A DNA stretch of 64,000 nucleotides from contig OZ076420.1 of NCBI GenBank assembly GCA_964187785.1, positions 6,386,001-6,450,000 of the forward strand, read 5' to 3'. This DNA is from Amphiscolops sp. MND2022. Lineage: Eukaryota. Shown one piece after another: positions 1 to 11,200 of this stretch; the stretch's first letter is position 1; every line of letters starts with the position of its first letter. The notes beneath the pieces are model-generated. The model was not told the origin of the DNA and searched no databases. It saw only the letters and a list, made by a program, of their open reading frames with translations. The translations under genes were made by a program, and so were the position numbers.

Positions 1-1831
1 GATAAGAGTGTTTTTGGAGAAGTGTAAAAATTTTACGATGGGTAGTTTTTAGTCGGCCACTTTTTAGTCAAAAATGTGCACGACCATTGCAGTGGCAAGT
101 TTCTTTTTTGTCGCATAACAATCGCACTCTGAATCGTTCACTATTTGTACAAACCCCGCCAGACACTCCGTGACCCAGCACGTTATACACTATTTTTGAC
201 GTTATATCCATAGAAAGTTGGGTTTCACTGAAGAGGTGAACGTTCAAAAACATTGAGCTATATCCGAATTTTTGATGTTATATCCGAACTCTGTTTTAGC
301 GAGGAGGCCGATGTTCGAAAAAAAACGCTTCCATCTGTCCCAGCACGCTATATCCGCATTTTCGTCGCTATATCGGAAGTCTTGAGATTTATTGAGGAAG
401 AGGAGGTTTATCTCCCGCTTTGGAATTTTTGTCACTTTGCGACTTTTTTCAACCAAAGCGCCCTTTTGATTTTTAGCAGGGTCAAAGCGTTTTGCAAGCA
501 AGGAGGGGCATTCTATGTTTTTCGACATGTTGACCGAAGACGTTTTTAAAATTTAAAATTCTAACATTTGGTTCAACGTTTTGTGAGGAAAACCTTTGAC
601 AGAGTCCTGACGGTGACACCATTGATTAATCAACGATATTTTTCAGCGCTTTGCGACAATTCTTCGAAAAACATTCGTTGGGTCAAAAGCAACCATCTTC
701 GCTTTCATGTTTTTTTTCTGAAAAAAAGTTTTGCGAGCTTAACGCGCCATGTTCAACTCGTTCAAGTGTTGCGCCGAAGCATAGGAATCAAGAAAGCACG
801 ATTTCGTTTTTTAACAGCGCTTTTCGAAAAGAACCGATTACAGCAGTAGATTTCTCGAAAACCGGCGACCTGACAGTTTTCCATGAGCATTTCTACCAGT
901 TAGTTAGTAACTTCTAACTGCCACTCAGCCGAGAAGTTAACCCGAATTTTTTGAGGCCTGAGAAGCAGGAGAGCGTAGGTTCTAGTCTCGCACTCAATCC
1001 AAAATCTTTATGCTTGCAGCAGAGACAAGGCCAAAACCCCAGCTTTTGATTTCTTGCAGAGCGACCCGTATTAATAACATACAGTACAGGCCTTTCAAGA
1101 GCGTGATATTTGAACCCTGAAATTCAATCAACAAGACGGATTTTCTACGAGGCGAATCTAGCAACTAATGAGAGGCTACTCATGGCTGAAGATTGAGTGG
1201 ATAAAAACAAGTTGAGTTTCAAGTTCAATTTTAAGCAACCTTTTGTCCCGTTTCCTTTTCTTGTTTTGTCCTCTTCTCGGAATATTCAAATTAAAGCTGT
1301 AGCAGATTCGTCAAAAGTAGAGGCGGCATCCAAATGTACAGTACTGCAAGTTAGTAAATGGTTGGTTGTAATTAACATTCAATGAATCATCATCAGTCGA
1401 CTCGGTAACAGCCCAATCCTGGTCAATATTCATTCTACTATTTTGGTAGCAAGGTGATCCAAATATTACCTGTTTGAAGACAAAAATTTTTCTGCGTTCC
1501 GTTTTTTGGTTCACCTAGTAAGAGAGTTGAATCAAAATACCCGCCAACATTTGAACACCATGAGACAACAAAATTGCAACTTGTGAAAAAGACGCAACAC
1601 ATCTTGATGCCACCAATAAAGTTCGTTAACTGTCACTGTTAATCGAAGGGAAAAGAAAACTTTTCCCGCTGTTTTTTTCTGCCTTGATTTCAAGTCGTAT
1701 GCAAAAACTTCATGAGTTTAACAAAAAGACTTGAAACACATCAATAAAATCATCAGTGCAAGTTTCTAGAAACAATGCACTTCATCAAATAGACTTCTCT
1801 AGCCAAGCTTCCTTTTGCCATTTTTCAAGGC

Positions 1832-2915
1832 AGGGACCAGATTTTCTAAAAATTTTCATAGTTTCGTTTTTATACATTTTCTAGGGACCAGATTTTCTAA
1901 AAATTTTCATAGTTTCGTTTTTATACATTTTCTAGGGACCAGATTTTCTAAAAATTTTCATAGTTTCGTTCTTATACATTTTCTAGGGACCAGATTTTCT
2001 AAAAATTTTCATAGTTTCGTTTTTATACATTTTCTAGGGACCAGATTTTCTAAAAATTTTCATAGTTTCGTTTTTATACATTTTCTAGGGACCAGATTTT
2101 CTAAAAATTTTCATAGTTTCGTTTTTATACATTTTCTAGGGACCAGATTTTCTAAAAATTTTCATAGTTTCGTTTTTATACATTTTCTAGGGACCAGATT
2201 TTCTAAAAATTTTCATAGTTTCGTTTTTATACATTTTCTAGGGACCAGATTTTCTAAAAATTTTCATAGTTTCGTTTTTATACATTTTCTAGGGACCAGA
2301 TTTTCTAAAAATTTTCATAGTTTCGTTTTTATACATTTTCTAGGGACCAGATTTTCTAAAAATTTTCATAGTTTCGTTTTTATACATTTTCTAGGGACCA
2401 GATTTTCTAAAAATTTTCATAGTTTCATGTTTTTATACATTTTCTAGGGACCAGATTTTCTAAAAATTTTCATAGTTTCATGTTTTTATACATTTTCTAG
2501 GGACCAGATTTTCTAAAAATTTTCATAGTTTCATGTTTTTATACATTTTCTAGGGACCAGATTTTCTAAAAATTTTCATAGTTTCATGTTTTTATACATT
2601 TTCTAGGGACCAGATTTTCTAAAAATTTTCATAGTTTCATGTTTTTATACATTTTCTAGGGACCAGATTTTCTAAAAATTTTCTTAGTTTCATGTTTTTA
2701 TACATTTTCTAGGGACCAGATTTTCTAAAAATTTTCATAGTTTCGTTTTTATACATTTTCTAGGGACCAGATTTTCTAAAAATTCTCATAGTTTCATGTT
2801 TTTATACATTTTCTAGGGACCAGATTTTCTAAAAATTTTCATAGTTTCATGTTTTTATACATTTTCTAGGGACCAGATTTTCTAAAAATTTTCATAGTTT
2901 CATGTTTTTATACAT
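1832..2915. repeat. Minisatellite, 51-bp and 53-bp units, about 21 copies
   Basis: Unit AGGGACCAGATTTTCTAAAAATTTTCATAGTTTC(G|ATG)TTTTTATACATTTTCT; 11 x 51 bp (1832-2392), then mostly 53-bp units, one 51-bp unit at 2711. Confidence 0.98.
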
Positions 2916-3710
2916 GTTTTTATACTTGTTTTTATACATGTTCCAAAACCTTTCATTTTCAATCCGTGTTCTAAAACTTTTTCGAATCATGCCAACTCTG
3001 CTTCTAACAAACAATTCAGCTTTTCTCTCGACATAAGATGTCATCAATTAGTCACAATCTATCACAAGATTTTTTGCTCAAATCCTCGCTGGGCTGAATG
3101 ATACTTTCGGAGCACTTAATAGCTTGAGAATGAGTTATACTAATTGACAACAAGAAAATATGTGAAAACAAAAGATTGCTGATAATCATGTTCTTGTTTG
3201 AAAAATTGCAACGGTCAAACAATTCAGTAGCAGTCAAAAAATTGGGAACGAAAAAAAGTTAGCAGACGAGTAGTGAAGAAAGTTGCTCTTGTTGGAAAAT
3301 GCACTTTGTGAATTTTGAATTGAAATTCCATTTGCTTTGTTTCAATATTATGAATCGAATCGGTCGGTGGTAAATGTGGCAGCAGCATTTTCTAACTCTG
3401 GGCAAATTGTTATAGTCGTACAGCCGTCGCAGTTCAAACAGACCGGAAACAAGAAACGTTGGGGGTGGGGGTTGTAGTGATCAAAAACGGAGGTAAGACC
3501 AAATTCGGGGGGGGGGGGTTGGGAATGAAGGGCGCAAAATGAATGAATGAAAAGGAGGAGCAATTTAAATAAAAACAAATAGAAATAGCACCATCGAGTC
3601 AGCAAAACATTTACACAAAGGCCGCCTGGGAAAAGAAAACAAACAAACAACAACGCGGGACCAAAAACAGCATCCGTAAGTGGGGGGGGGGGGGTGGTTT
3701 GATCTTGTGA

Positions 3711-3794
3711 TGACGTCATTCATTCATTCTTGTGACGTCATTCATTCTGGTGACGTCATTCATTCTTGTGACGTCATTAATTTTTGTGACGTCA
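3711..3794. repeat. Array of five TGACGTCA palindromes (CRE-type motif), 18-bp period
   Basis: TGACGTCA at 3711, 3733, 3751, 3769, 3787. Confidence 0.85.
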
Positions 3795-5860
3795 TAAGAG
3801 TTAATACAGCAACAAGTAGGACACAGCAGCATCTATCAGAGTAATCGCGGGGAGAAAACTTACGTCATTTACCTACCCCCTATTCAGTCGAAAAGAAGTC
3901 GCTCTCCGTTATTGGCCGTCTTCCAATAAAAGCCGCAGCATTTTGGGCTCATTTAGAGAAAAATTAATGAAGCTTCCAGTTCTGAAATTGAATTCAGAAG
4001 TTTCCAGCTCACAGATTGCAATTCACTTTTTTTGAAGTTGCGATTGAAATTGAAAAAGGCACAAGTGAGCCTCAATTCAAAAATGTTAGCTGCGTGTATT
4101 TTGAAGCATCTAAGACTAGAAGCCGCTAGAAGGCAGCGGCTGTTTTCGAACGAATAAGGAGGTACAGATTTGATCAGTAGTAACAGTACGAGAGTTAGAG
4201 TAGTTAGCAGGGTAGGCAAATGCATTAAATCGCATCAAAATTTTTCAATCCGATGAAAGCTATTATAATCAAGATTGTTAAATTGATTAAAATAAAAAGT
4301 GGAATGCAGAAAACAGTATTTTCAAAAATAAATTGAAAAGTTGAATTTAAATGAACAAGTTTTTGGTTTTTTTTCGAACCCTGAATTAGGGTTCAGTCTT
4401 CGAATGAACCAAGCCTAAAGTGACGAGTGCTCGGTTCGAAAGTCGAGAAACTGTTGATTCGTAGATTTAAAAAAATCATCCACTTCAAAAAAGTCACTCA
4501 TTTTGGTTAGTTTCAATCAACCATTACTAAAATTGTTTTAATCAAGTTGATTATAATCAGCCAACCCTGGTTGTTAGTAAATTGTATTAGCAACAGAGGG
4601 GATTTAGTAGGAGAGTAAGAAAACTTCGGGTTGGAAGTGACGTCGAACTAAATACGCGTGACAACTTTTGTTGACCTTAAGATGGTTGATTCCAAAATTG
4701 AACCTGTTGAAAGTTCACTCAACCATTTTTTACACAAGTGAGCATTTTTTTTACTGAATATCGCTTTTCACGAATCAGAATGAGCTGAATATTTTTCTAT
4801 TTTTCTTTTGTTTAAAAAAAAGTCATACTAGTATAAAATAAAAACCATCTGTCAGTTGCATAAATGTTTTGGGGCACAGAATCTAACAGTGATCATACGA
4901 GTTATTCTTTTCTATGCAATCATATTTGGGCGGGGTTTCTGAGATATCTTGAAGATTGAAGGATGGAGGATTCTCAAATATTCTCAGAGAACGCTAAGTG
5001 AAAAGGCATGAGACAAAAAAAATCATTCAGTGTTGAATGTGAATTGTATCAATGATTTCAGTTCCGCCCAAAAAGGATTTTGATCAGAATCATTTTGGGC
5101 GGTCTACGTTGACTCAGTTTTAAAGCATCGATTGATTTGAATAATGCTACATCAATTTCTGGCTCTTTCAATGAAAAATTTCAAAAATTGTTTCAAATAA
5201 TTGGAACAGTTTTTCGTTTGGACAAAACATTCTTCATCAAAAGTGAGTGACTTCTTAGTTGAAAATAGTGTGAACAAAGTTTGTATTTGGATCCCAAACG
5301 GCCACCTTGAAATTAAATTTAAAATTAAGGTTTTTTCGTGCGGTATTTAGTCTTTATTGCAATATTTTCACTGATTTCTGAAAAAACTTTGGGGATGGTG
5401 GTGGTGGGGGGGGGGGTATCATGAAAATGGGGCATGAAAAGAACCCAATAACTTTCCTACATAACTAAGTTGCAACGTAGTCAGTCCAGCGATTGTGGGG
5501 TGAAAGTGTCGATAAATAGAATAATATCAACATCATGGGGTTGTCATTGTATAGTATTGTATTATCATCATTCAATAGCAGACCAGCAGCAAAAAATGAA
5601 GTCAAAACTGTTAGATAAGATAAAGTATAAATAAAGAATAGAAAAAATAAGAGCAGGTGAAAAAATAAAATATAACTATCATACTACAAATACATCTGGT
5701 ATTCTTTTCTATCATCATCATCACATATCAGCAACATCATTACATCATCAACATCATTATTACGTAAGAATCATGACGTCATCGTCTTAAGAGCACGTCA
5801 TCATGAGTATTATTACGTCATTATCAACATCATCATATAAGACACTTCTTGCATTGAGTA

Positions 5861-6398
5861 CCATATTTCTTCGAATAAAAGTCGCGGCTTCAATTCGGAT
5901 GCGGCTTGTATTACCGAAGTTTCGGCTCTTTTCTTGTTTCAACCCACCACCAAAATTTTTGAAGGTAAATTTCCTTTAAAACAATCAGACTAACTAGCCT
6001 AATTAAAAGCAAACCTTTCTTTCATAATAGGAAGTTAACGTCCATTGGAAGTTTTTTGTTTGAACAAAACATTAATCACGCATTTTGACTATATTTATAT
6101 GTTCTTCCTCATTGTTTTTTGTGACTCAAAACAGGAAGCTGTTGATTTCTTCATAAAGAATGCGTGACTTCATGGAGAAAAATAGCGTGAACAAAGTTTG
6201 TATCTCAATTCTAAACTGTCACCCTGGAAATAAATTTAAAATTGAAGGTTTTTGGTTTGTATTCAAGTCTTTTTGTTATAAGTTTCACTAATTTTTAAAA
6301 CATTTTAGTGGTGGGGGAAAACAGAAAAGAGCCGAATTTTCGGACAAAGTGCGGCGACGGCCTGTATTAGAGAGAGGCTTCTATTGGAAGAAATACTG
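5861..6398. mobile_element. Tc1/mariner-pogo-type MITE (TA-flanked) carrying a nested MITE
   Basis: TA|CCATATTTCTTCGAATAAAAG ... CTTCTATTGGAAGAAATACTG|TA terminal inverted repeats. Confidence 0.7.
5924..6333. mobile_element. MITE, GGCTCTTTT-TIR family (nested copy)
   Basis: TIRs GGCTCTTTTCTTGTTTC..CCACCACCAAAAT / TTTTAGTGGTGGGGGAAAACAGAAAAGAGCC; same body recurs at ~14110-14576, ~21600-22019, ~59477-59890, with partial copies near 5.1-5.4 and 6.7-7.1 kb. Confidence 0.8.
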
Positions 6399-7650
6399 TA
6401 TACAATAAACGAACGCAATTATTATTAATCACAGAAATTGGTCCCAAAAACACTGGGCAAGAGACAAATCCACCTTATGTATTCTGAGTGGGCTCATGCT
6501 CATAGAAAAGGACGGATCAAAAAACTTCGTCAAAAAGAAAACAAATCGGCCGGTCAACAAATCAAAACATCTCTTCTTGAAACTGTCGTCAATAGAATAA
6601 GCAAGCGCTTTCATCTAGAAAGAAACACCCCGAAACAGCAAAACAAAACACATCTTCAAGCTGCACCTTTCATAGATTGATAAAAATATCTCAACAGATT
6701 AAAGTTACAGACTAGAAACTGATTCTTTTCTGCCCCCCCCCCATCCACCACTATAAAATTTTCAATTTAAAAATCAAAAATAGTTTCAAACTTGTCTGAT
6801 TAGGAATCTTCTTCCATAACAGGAATCCAACTTCTATTGGAATACTTTTTGGTTTGAAGAAACATATTTCCTTTTTCACACAGTTTGATTGTGATAACGT
6901 TCGAATCAATTGTTTTTTTTGGGACTCAGAACAGGACGTGACTTGTTTCTTTTCATCAAAAATGAGTGACTTCAGATAAGAAGTTTGCATTTGGATCCCA
7001 AACGGCCACCTCGAAATCAAATTTAAAAATAAACGTTTTCGGTGATTTTAGTCTTTTTTATTGTAACATTTTCACTGTTTTTAAATTCCTGTTTTAGAAA
7101 AAAAATCTGATCTTCTAATCAGGCCAGTTTGAAACAACTTTCCATTTAAAAAATTTGCTAATAGGGGGACAGAAAAAACACTTATCAAGATACATTGAAA
7201 ATCAATTTTCAGGCTTTAATTTGAAAAAAAAGAGGCGACTTTGCGATTTTTTTTGGGGGGGGGGGTTTCAAGGGTTTCAAGAAGAGAGTGCGAGTTTCAC
7301 ATAGCAGCTCCATACAATGCAATACATACATACAGAAGGAACTTTACATTATTTACCCCAAAAACATTGGCATTGAAAAGACATTGGTACTATTATCATA
7401 GTTCTGCTGATACTTTTCAATGCATCATACCACGTCTCCAGCTCTTGTATCGAGTTGGTTGGAACTTGACTTTGCATACAACAAATTTCCTCTCCCCTCA
7501 TCGATTAAAATGACATTCAATTGTCATTCATTCATCCAATACGAGCAGGACAAGATTCGATTGAATGTCTCATTTTGTGGTCTTTTTTTCTTTTTCTTGT
7601 CTCGCCTTCTTTCTGAGGGAAAAACATTGCACCCAAGGTTGTTAAGGCGT

Positions 7651-7656
7651 TTTATT
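7651..7656 (-). terminator. Candidate polyadenylation signal of KPNB1
   Basis: AATAAA on the minus strand about 450 nt after the stop; not verifiable without 3' end data. Confidence 0.3.
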
Positions 7657-8107
7657 CATAAATAACACAAGAAAAAAACATGAATAATTTTTTTGAAAAA
7701 AAAAACATTTTTCAGAGACTTCTTTTCAGTTGTTTATGGTCTAGTTTCTGACTGTTCAATTTGTTTGGCACTTTTTTTTCAATGAAGTGAATGACTTTCA
7801 TGCTTCATATTCCTTGTTAAATTTTTGTACAATCAAAAACTTGGCATCAAATGAAAAACCGTTGTGCATAGCATTGTTTTCCACAGTAGTTCTCCCGAAG
7901 AGAAAAACGATGAAATACAAAAAAAAAACAGTATATTTCGTTAAAAAACTTGTTTAAAACATTTTTCGTGAAAAAAACTGTATAATTAACAACCTTGATT
8001 GCGCGCACCTGAGGAGATGTCTAGAAAGATTCGGTAGCAGGAGTGGTAATAGTAACAATAATAATGATAAGAGACTGAAGCTAATCTCTTCTATTTGTCT
8101 TTTTTGT

Positions 8108-8221
8108 TCACATGAGTTTCAGACAACTTTTCATTTCCTTCGAAGCCCAACAAGCCAGCGTTTTTGTCTTCTGCTGTTTCGATTTTCTTCCTTCTGCCAG
8201 CAGATCTTTGATTACTTTTTC
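8108..8221 (-). CDS. KPNB1: KPNB1 exon 16 (stop codon)
   Basis: tttcag|[40 protein letters not shown]; matches the [21 protein letters not shown]-type C-terminus; too short for the ORF track. Confidence 0.94.
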   Translation of the reverse strand, partial: EKVIKDLLAEGRKSKQQKTKTLACWASKEMKSCLKLM

Positions 8222-11200
8222 CTGAAACAAACAACCCAAAACTTGCAGCAACTATTTTTTTCTTGAAAAACGTTCATCAATCATCAAGGCTTAGAACAAT
8301 GAACTTCGACGAGTTGAGCGTCTCTCATTCGTCAAAGTGAACAAAACATTTTGGGAAGGAAACCGTCTACACGAAACCGCACTTTGGAGCCAACTTGGTG
8401 CAGTCATTAAGAGAAAAGGTTCTCATGTGTACATGTTCCATTTTTAACGTGCGGTAAACTTTTTGTACGACGCAGTAAGCAATTACCCTCCTCATGTTTT
8501 CTTTCACTGATCAGGGCCCGATGATTGACACTCCACAGGAGGGGTGCAGTTTGCAACATATCCTAGACCGAACCCCTTCATGGGATGTTTTAGTGAAGTT
8601 TCATAGTTTTCTTTCTTGGCCCTATGCCGCCCGCTCTCTTGACGACGAGTTCTGAGCATACCGATATGGAAATTCAGAGATGATCCACTGTCGAAAATAG
8701 ACATGTACCCCGAACCAAAACATTTCCGTCCGGTCGGACCACTGGAAAAGACTGATAGAAGGCGCTTACCGACCGGACAGGACATACTTCTCAACTATAA
8801 GCGATGAAACATGGTTTCCAAATTGGGTCATGTTTATAACGAAGTGCGAAGTGAACTTGTGCTTCAAAATATTTGAAAAAAAATTATAAAGACAGAAGAA
8901 AAAAGATCCAACGGAGCAGTGAATTAGGTAGTTTGTGAGCGAAAGCGCAAACGAAGCGAATGTGACGTAATATCCGAATAAGCGCCGACAGTGAAAGCGG
9001 ATTGAAATTTGCGCTTATCTGCTTGGTCGGAAATTTTAGCTATTTGGGTTACAAAAAATGCCAAACTCTTACAAGGGCAAGTTTTTTGTACAGAGCGTTT
9101 CACCCGTTTCACACCAATACAGCTGAAAAATTTGTCTCTTGTGGTGGTAGTTGGTTGAGAAAAAGAAAAGGTTAAATTTTTAAATGTTTTTTCCTAAAAT
9201 GAAAAGTTGATTGCAAAAAAGCTGTCAACTAGGTGGCGGCGATCAAGCAGCAGTCTTGAAGAAAGATGTGATATAACTAACACCAACCTGGTCGAATAAG
9301 GAGACAATGCGGGATCCATATGCGGCTATTAAGTCGCCTATTAGGCCACAAGCCGCGGCTACTAAACTGTCATTTCTGTCTTCGTCTTGGCCGATGTCCA
9401 GGATGAACTTGATCATGCTTGGTACCTGCAGAAAATGATATAACACAATAATAACACAATTCGAATAATAACCTTCAACTTCAACTATCAAAAACTTCCA
9501 ATATCTATCCATTAAAAATATCAATGTCATCTGATTCTATCTGTTCGTTGATTATCTAAACCTTCAACACATAGGCAGGAACACAATATAGGAATTTCTT
9601 GGCCACTTTTTTGATGTAAACTGGATGAGTATCTTTTGTCACTGAAATGTAAGTTTCTACGGAAAAGGCTGAAGAGCTGCTGTCTAAATATTACTATACT
9701 TACTTACCCTTACGACTTCAAGTATGGCCAGCTGATCAATGTAACATTATTTCTTGGAAACCTCGCTTTGTTTTTAGTCGGAGCTTCATGAAGTGAAACG
9801 CGACTATACTAGTGACTTTTTCAATCTACACGAACTGACCAAAATAGTTCTACAAAATTTTAAAGGCCAAATTGTATCGTTTGACCTAGGGAAGTGAACT
9901 ATAATAGTTGTTCCTTTTTTTTAGCGTAACATTCAAAACCGGACGAGACTTTAGGGTCCCCCTTCAGTTTTTTTCGGCAGTGAGACTTTTTTCGAAAAAT
10001 TTTCAATATCTCCAGAGGGCCCCTTCAATTTTTTGATATTTCGCAACAAATTGATTGTCAAAAGCGCCCAAAGGGTCACCTTTTTTATTTTCGGCACTAT
10101 GAGACTGTTTCAAAAAATTCGTTATTTTCGGCACTGTTGAATTTATTGTTGCATTCATCATGTAACGGACCACTAACCTGTGACTGCATGGCAATGAGTT
10201 CGTTGCAGATGCCCCCGCCATTCTGCTGGTTGGCGGCGGCAGTGTCCCCGTTGGCGGCGACTGCCGAGGGGGTGCTGGCGGAGGGCGCATCCCCCCTCAG
10301 TCCCTGGACGATGCCCGTGTAGCCCTCCAGACACGACTCGCGCAACTCGTTCAGGTAGTCCACCATCTCGAAGTCCTCCCGGTTCACCTGCAACCAACCA
10401 ACCAAACAACCAATCAATCGATCGAATTATTTTGTTTGATTGACACTCACATGAGACAACAAGTGCACATATTGATTGATGTGTTTGTTTACATACTCGA
10501 AGTTTTGAAGAACTCATATTTGACTGGTGTTGTATGTAAATACCCCCCCCCCATTCTTTAACCGTGCTCCTGAAGGTTCTCGCTCTTTGTAACAAGACGG
10601 GAACGTCTAAAGTCGGCGCTATATCTAAGGCTCAAAAAAGCGCTAAGTTTTTAAACTTGTAAAAGGGGGGACCCTTTCAGCTTTTTGAAAATGCAGTCTG
10701 TTGCAAAATATCAAAAAAATTGAAGGAGACAATAAAAAAATTCGGAAAAATATTTTTGAAAAAACTTTCGAAAAAACGAAAAATGAGAATTTTGAAACAG
10801 TCTCACAGTGGCGAAAACTAGAGAGAGGGGACCCTTTGGGCTTTTTGAAACTTCGGTTTGCTAAAAAATATCAAAAAACTTGAAGGGGGGACCGTTTGGC
10901 GACAAAAGAAAATTCGAAAAAAAGTCGCACAGTGCCGAAAAAAAATTCAAAGGGGGGACCCTGTAGTCCCGCCCGGTTTTGTATCTTACGTTAAAAATTG
11001 AGTACACGAAAGGGGGGACCCTTTGCAGTAACTCAGATGTGATTCCGCTTGCCGGTTCAGTACTTTTAGTAGTTCTGTAAAAAGTGTCCACTACGCATAC
11101 ATTCTGTGGTCTGACGAAAAAAAAACTTGCCACTGTAATAGTCGGGCTCATTTTGATAAAATGCGCCAACTAAAAACCAGCACCACAGCAAGCACCTTGA

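Noticed and set aside
1815-2447. 210-aa repetitive ORF (GTRFSKNFHSFVFIHFL)n
   Set aside because: By-product of a 51-bp (17-codon) satellite unit; starts at TTG and closes when the 53-bp variant appears.
1832-2915. CRISPR-like appearance of the tandem arrays (also 23371-23793 and 43092-43243)
   Set aside because: Units are head-to-tail with no unique spacers, there are no cas genes, and the context is eukaryotic.
3000-3190. TGA read-through/selenoprotein or altered genetic code suggested by in-frame TGAs
   Set aside because: KPNB1 terminates on TGA, no SECIS was recognised, and TAG stops also occur in the same frame.
6438-6680. 80-aa basic ORF as terminal exon of a plus-strand gene
   Set aside because: No recognisable homology and no upstream exons identified; it is sandwiched between MITEs.
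8504-8794. 96-aa ORF in the last KPNB1 intron
   Set aside because: No ATG start or homology; a plus-strand frame looks more like a decayed transposase N-terminus but was too weak to call.
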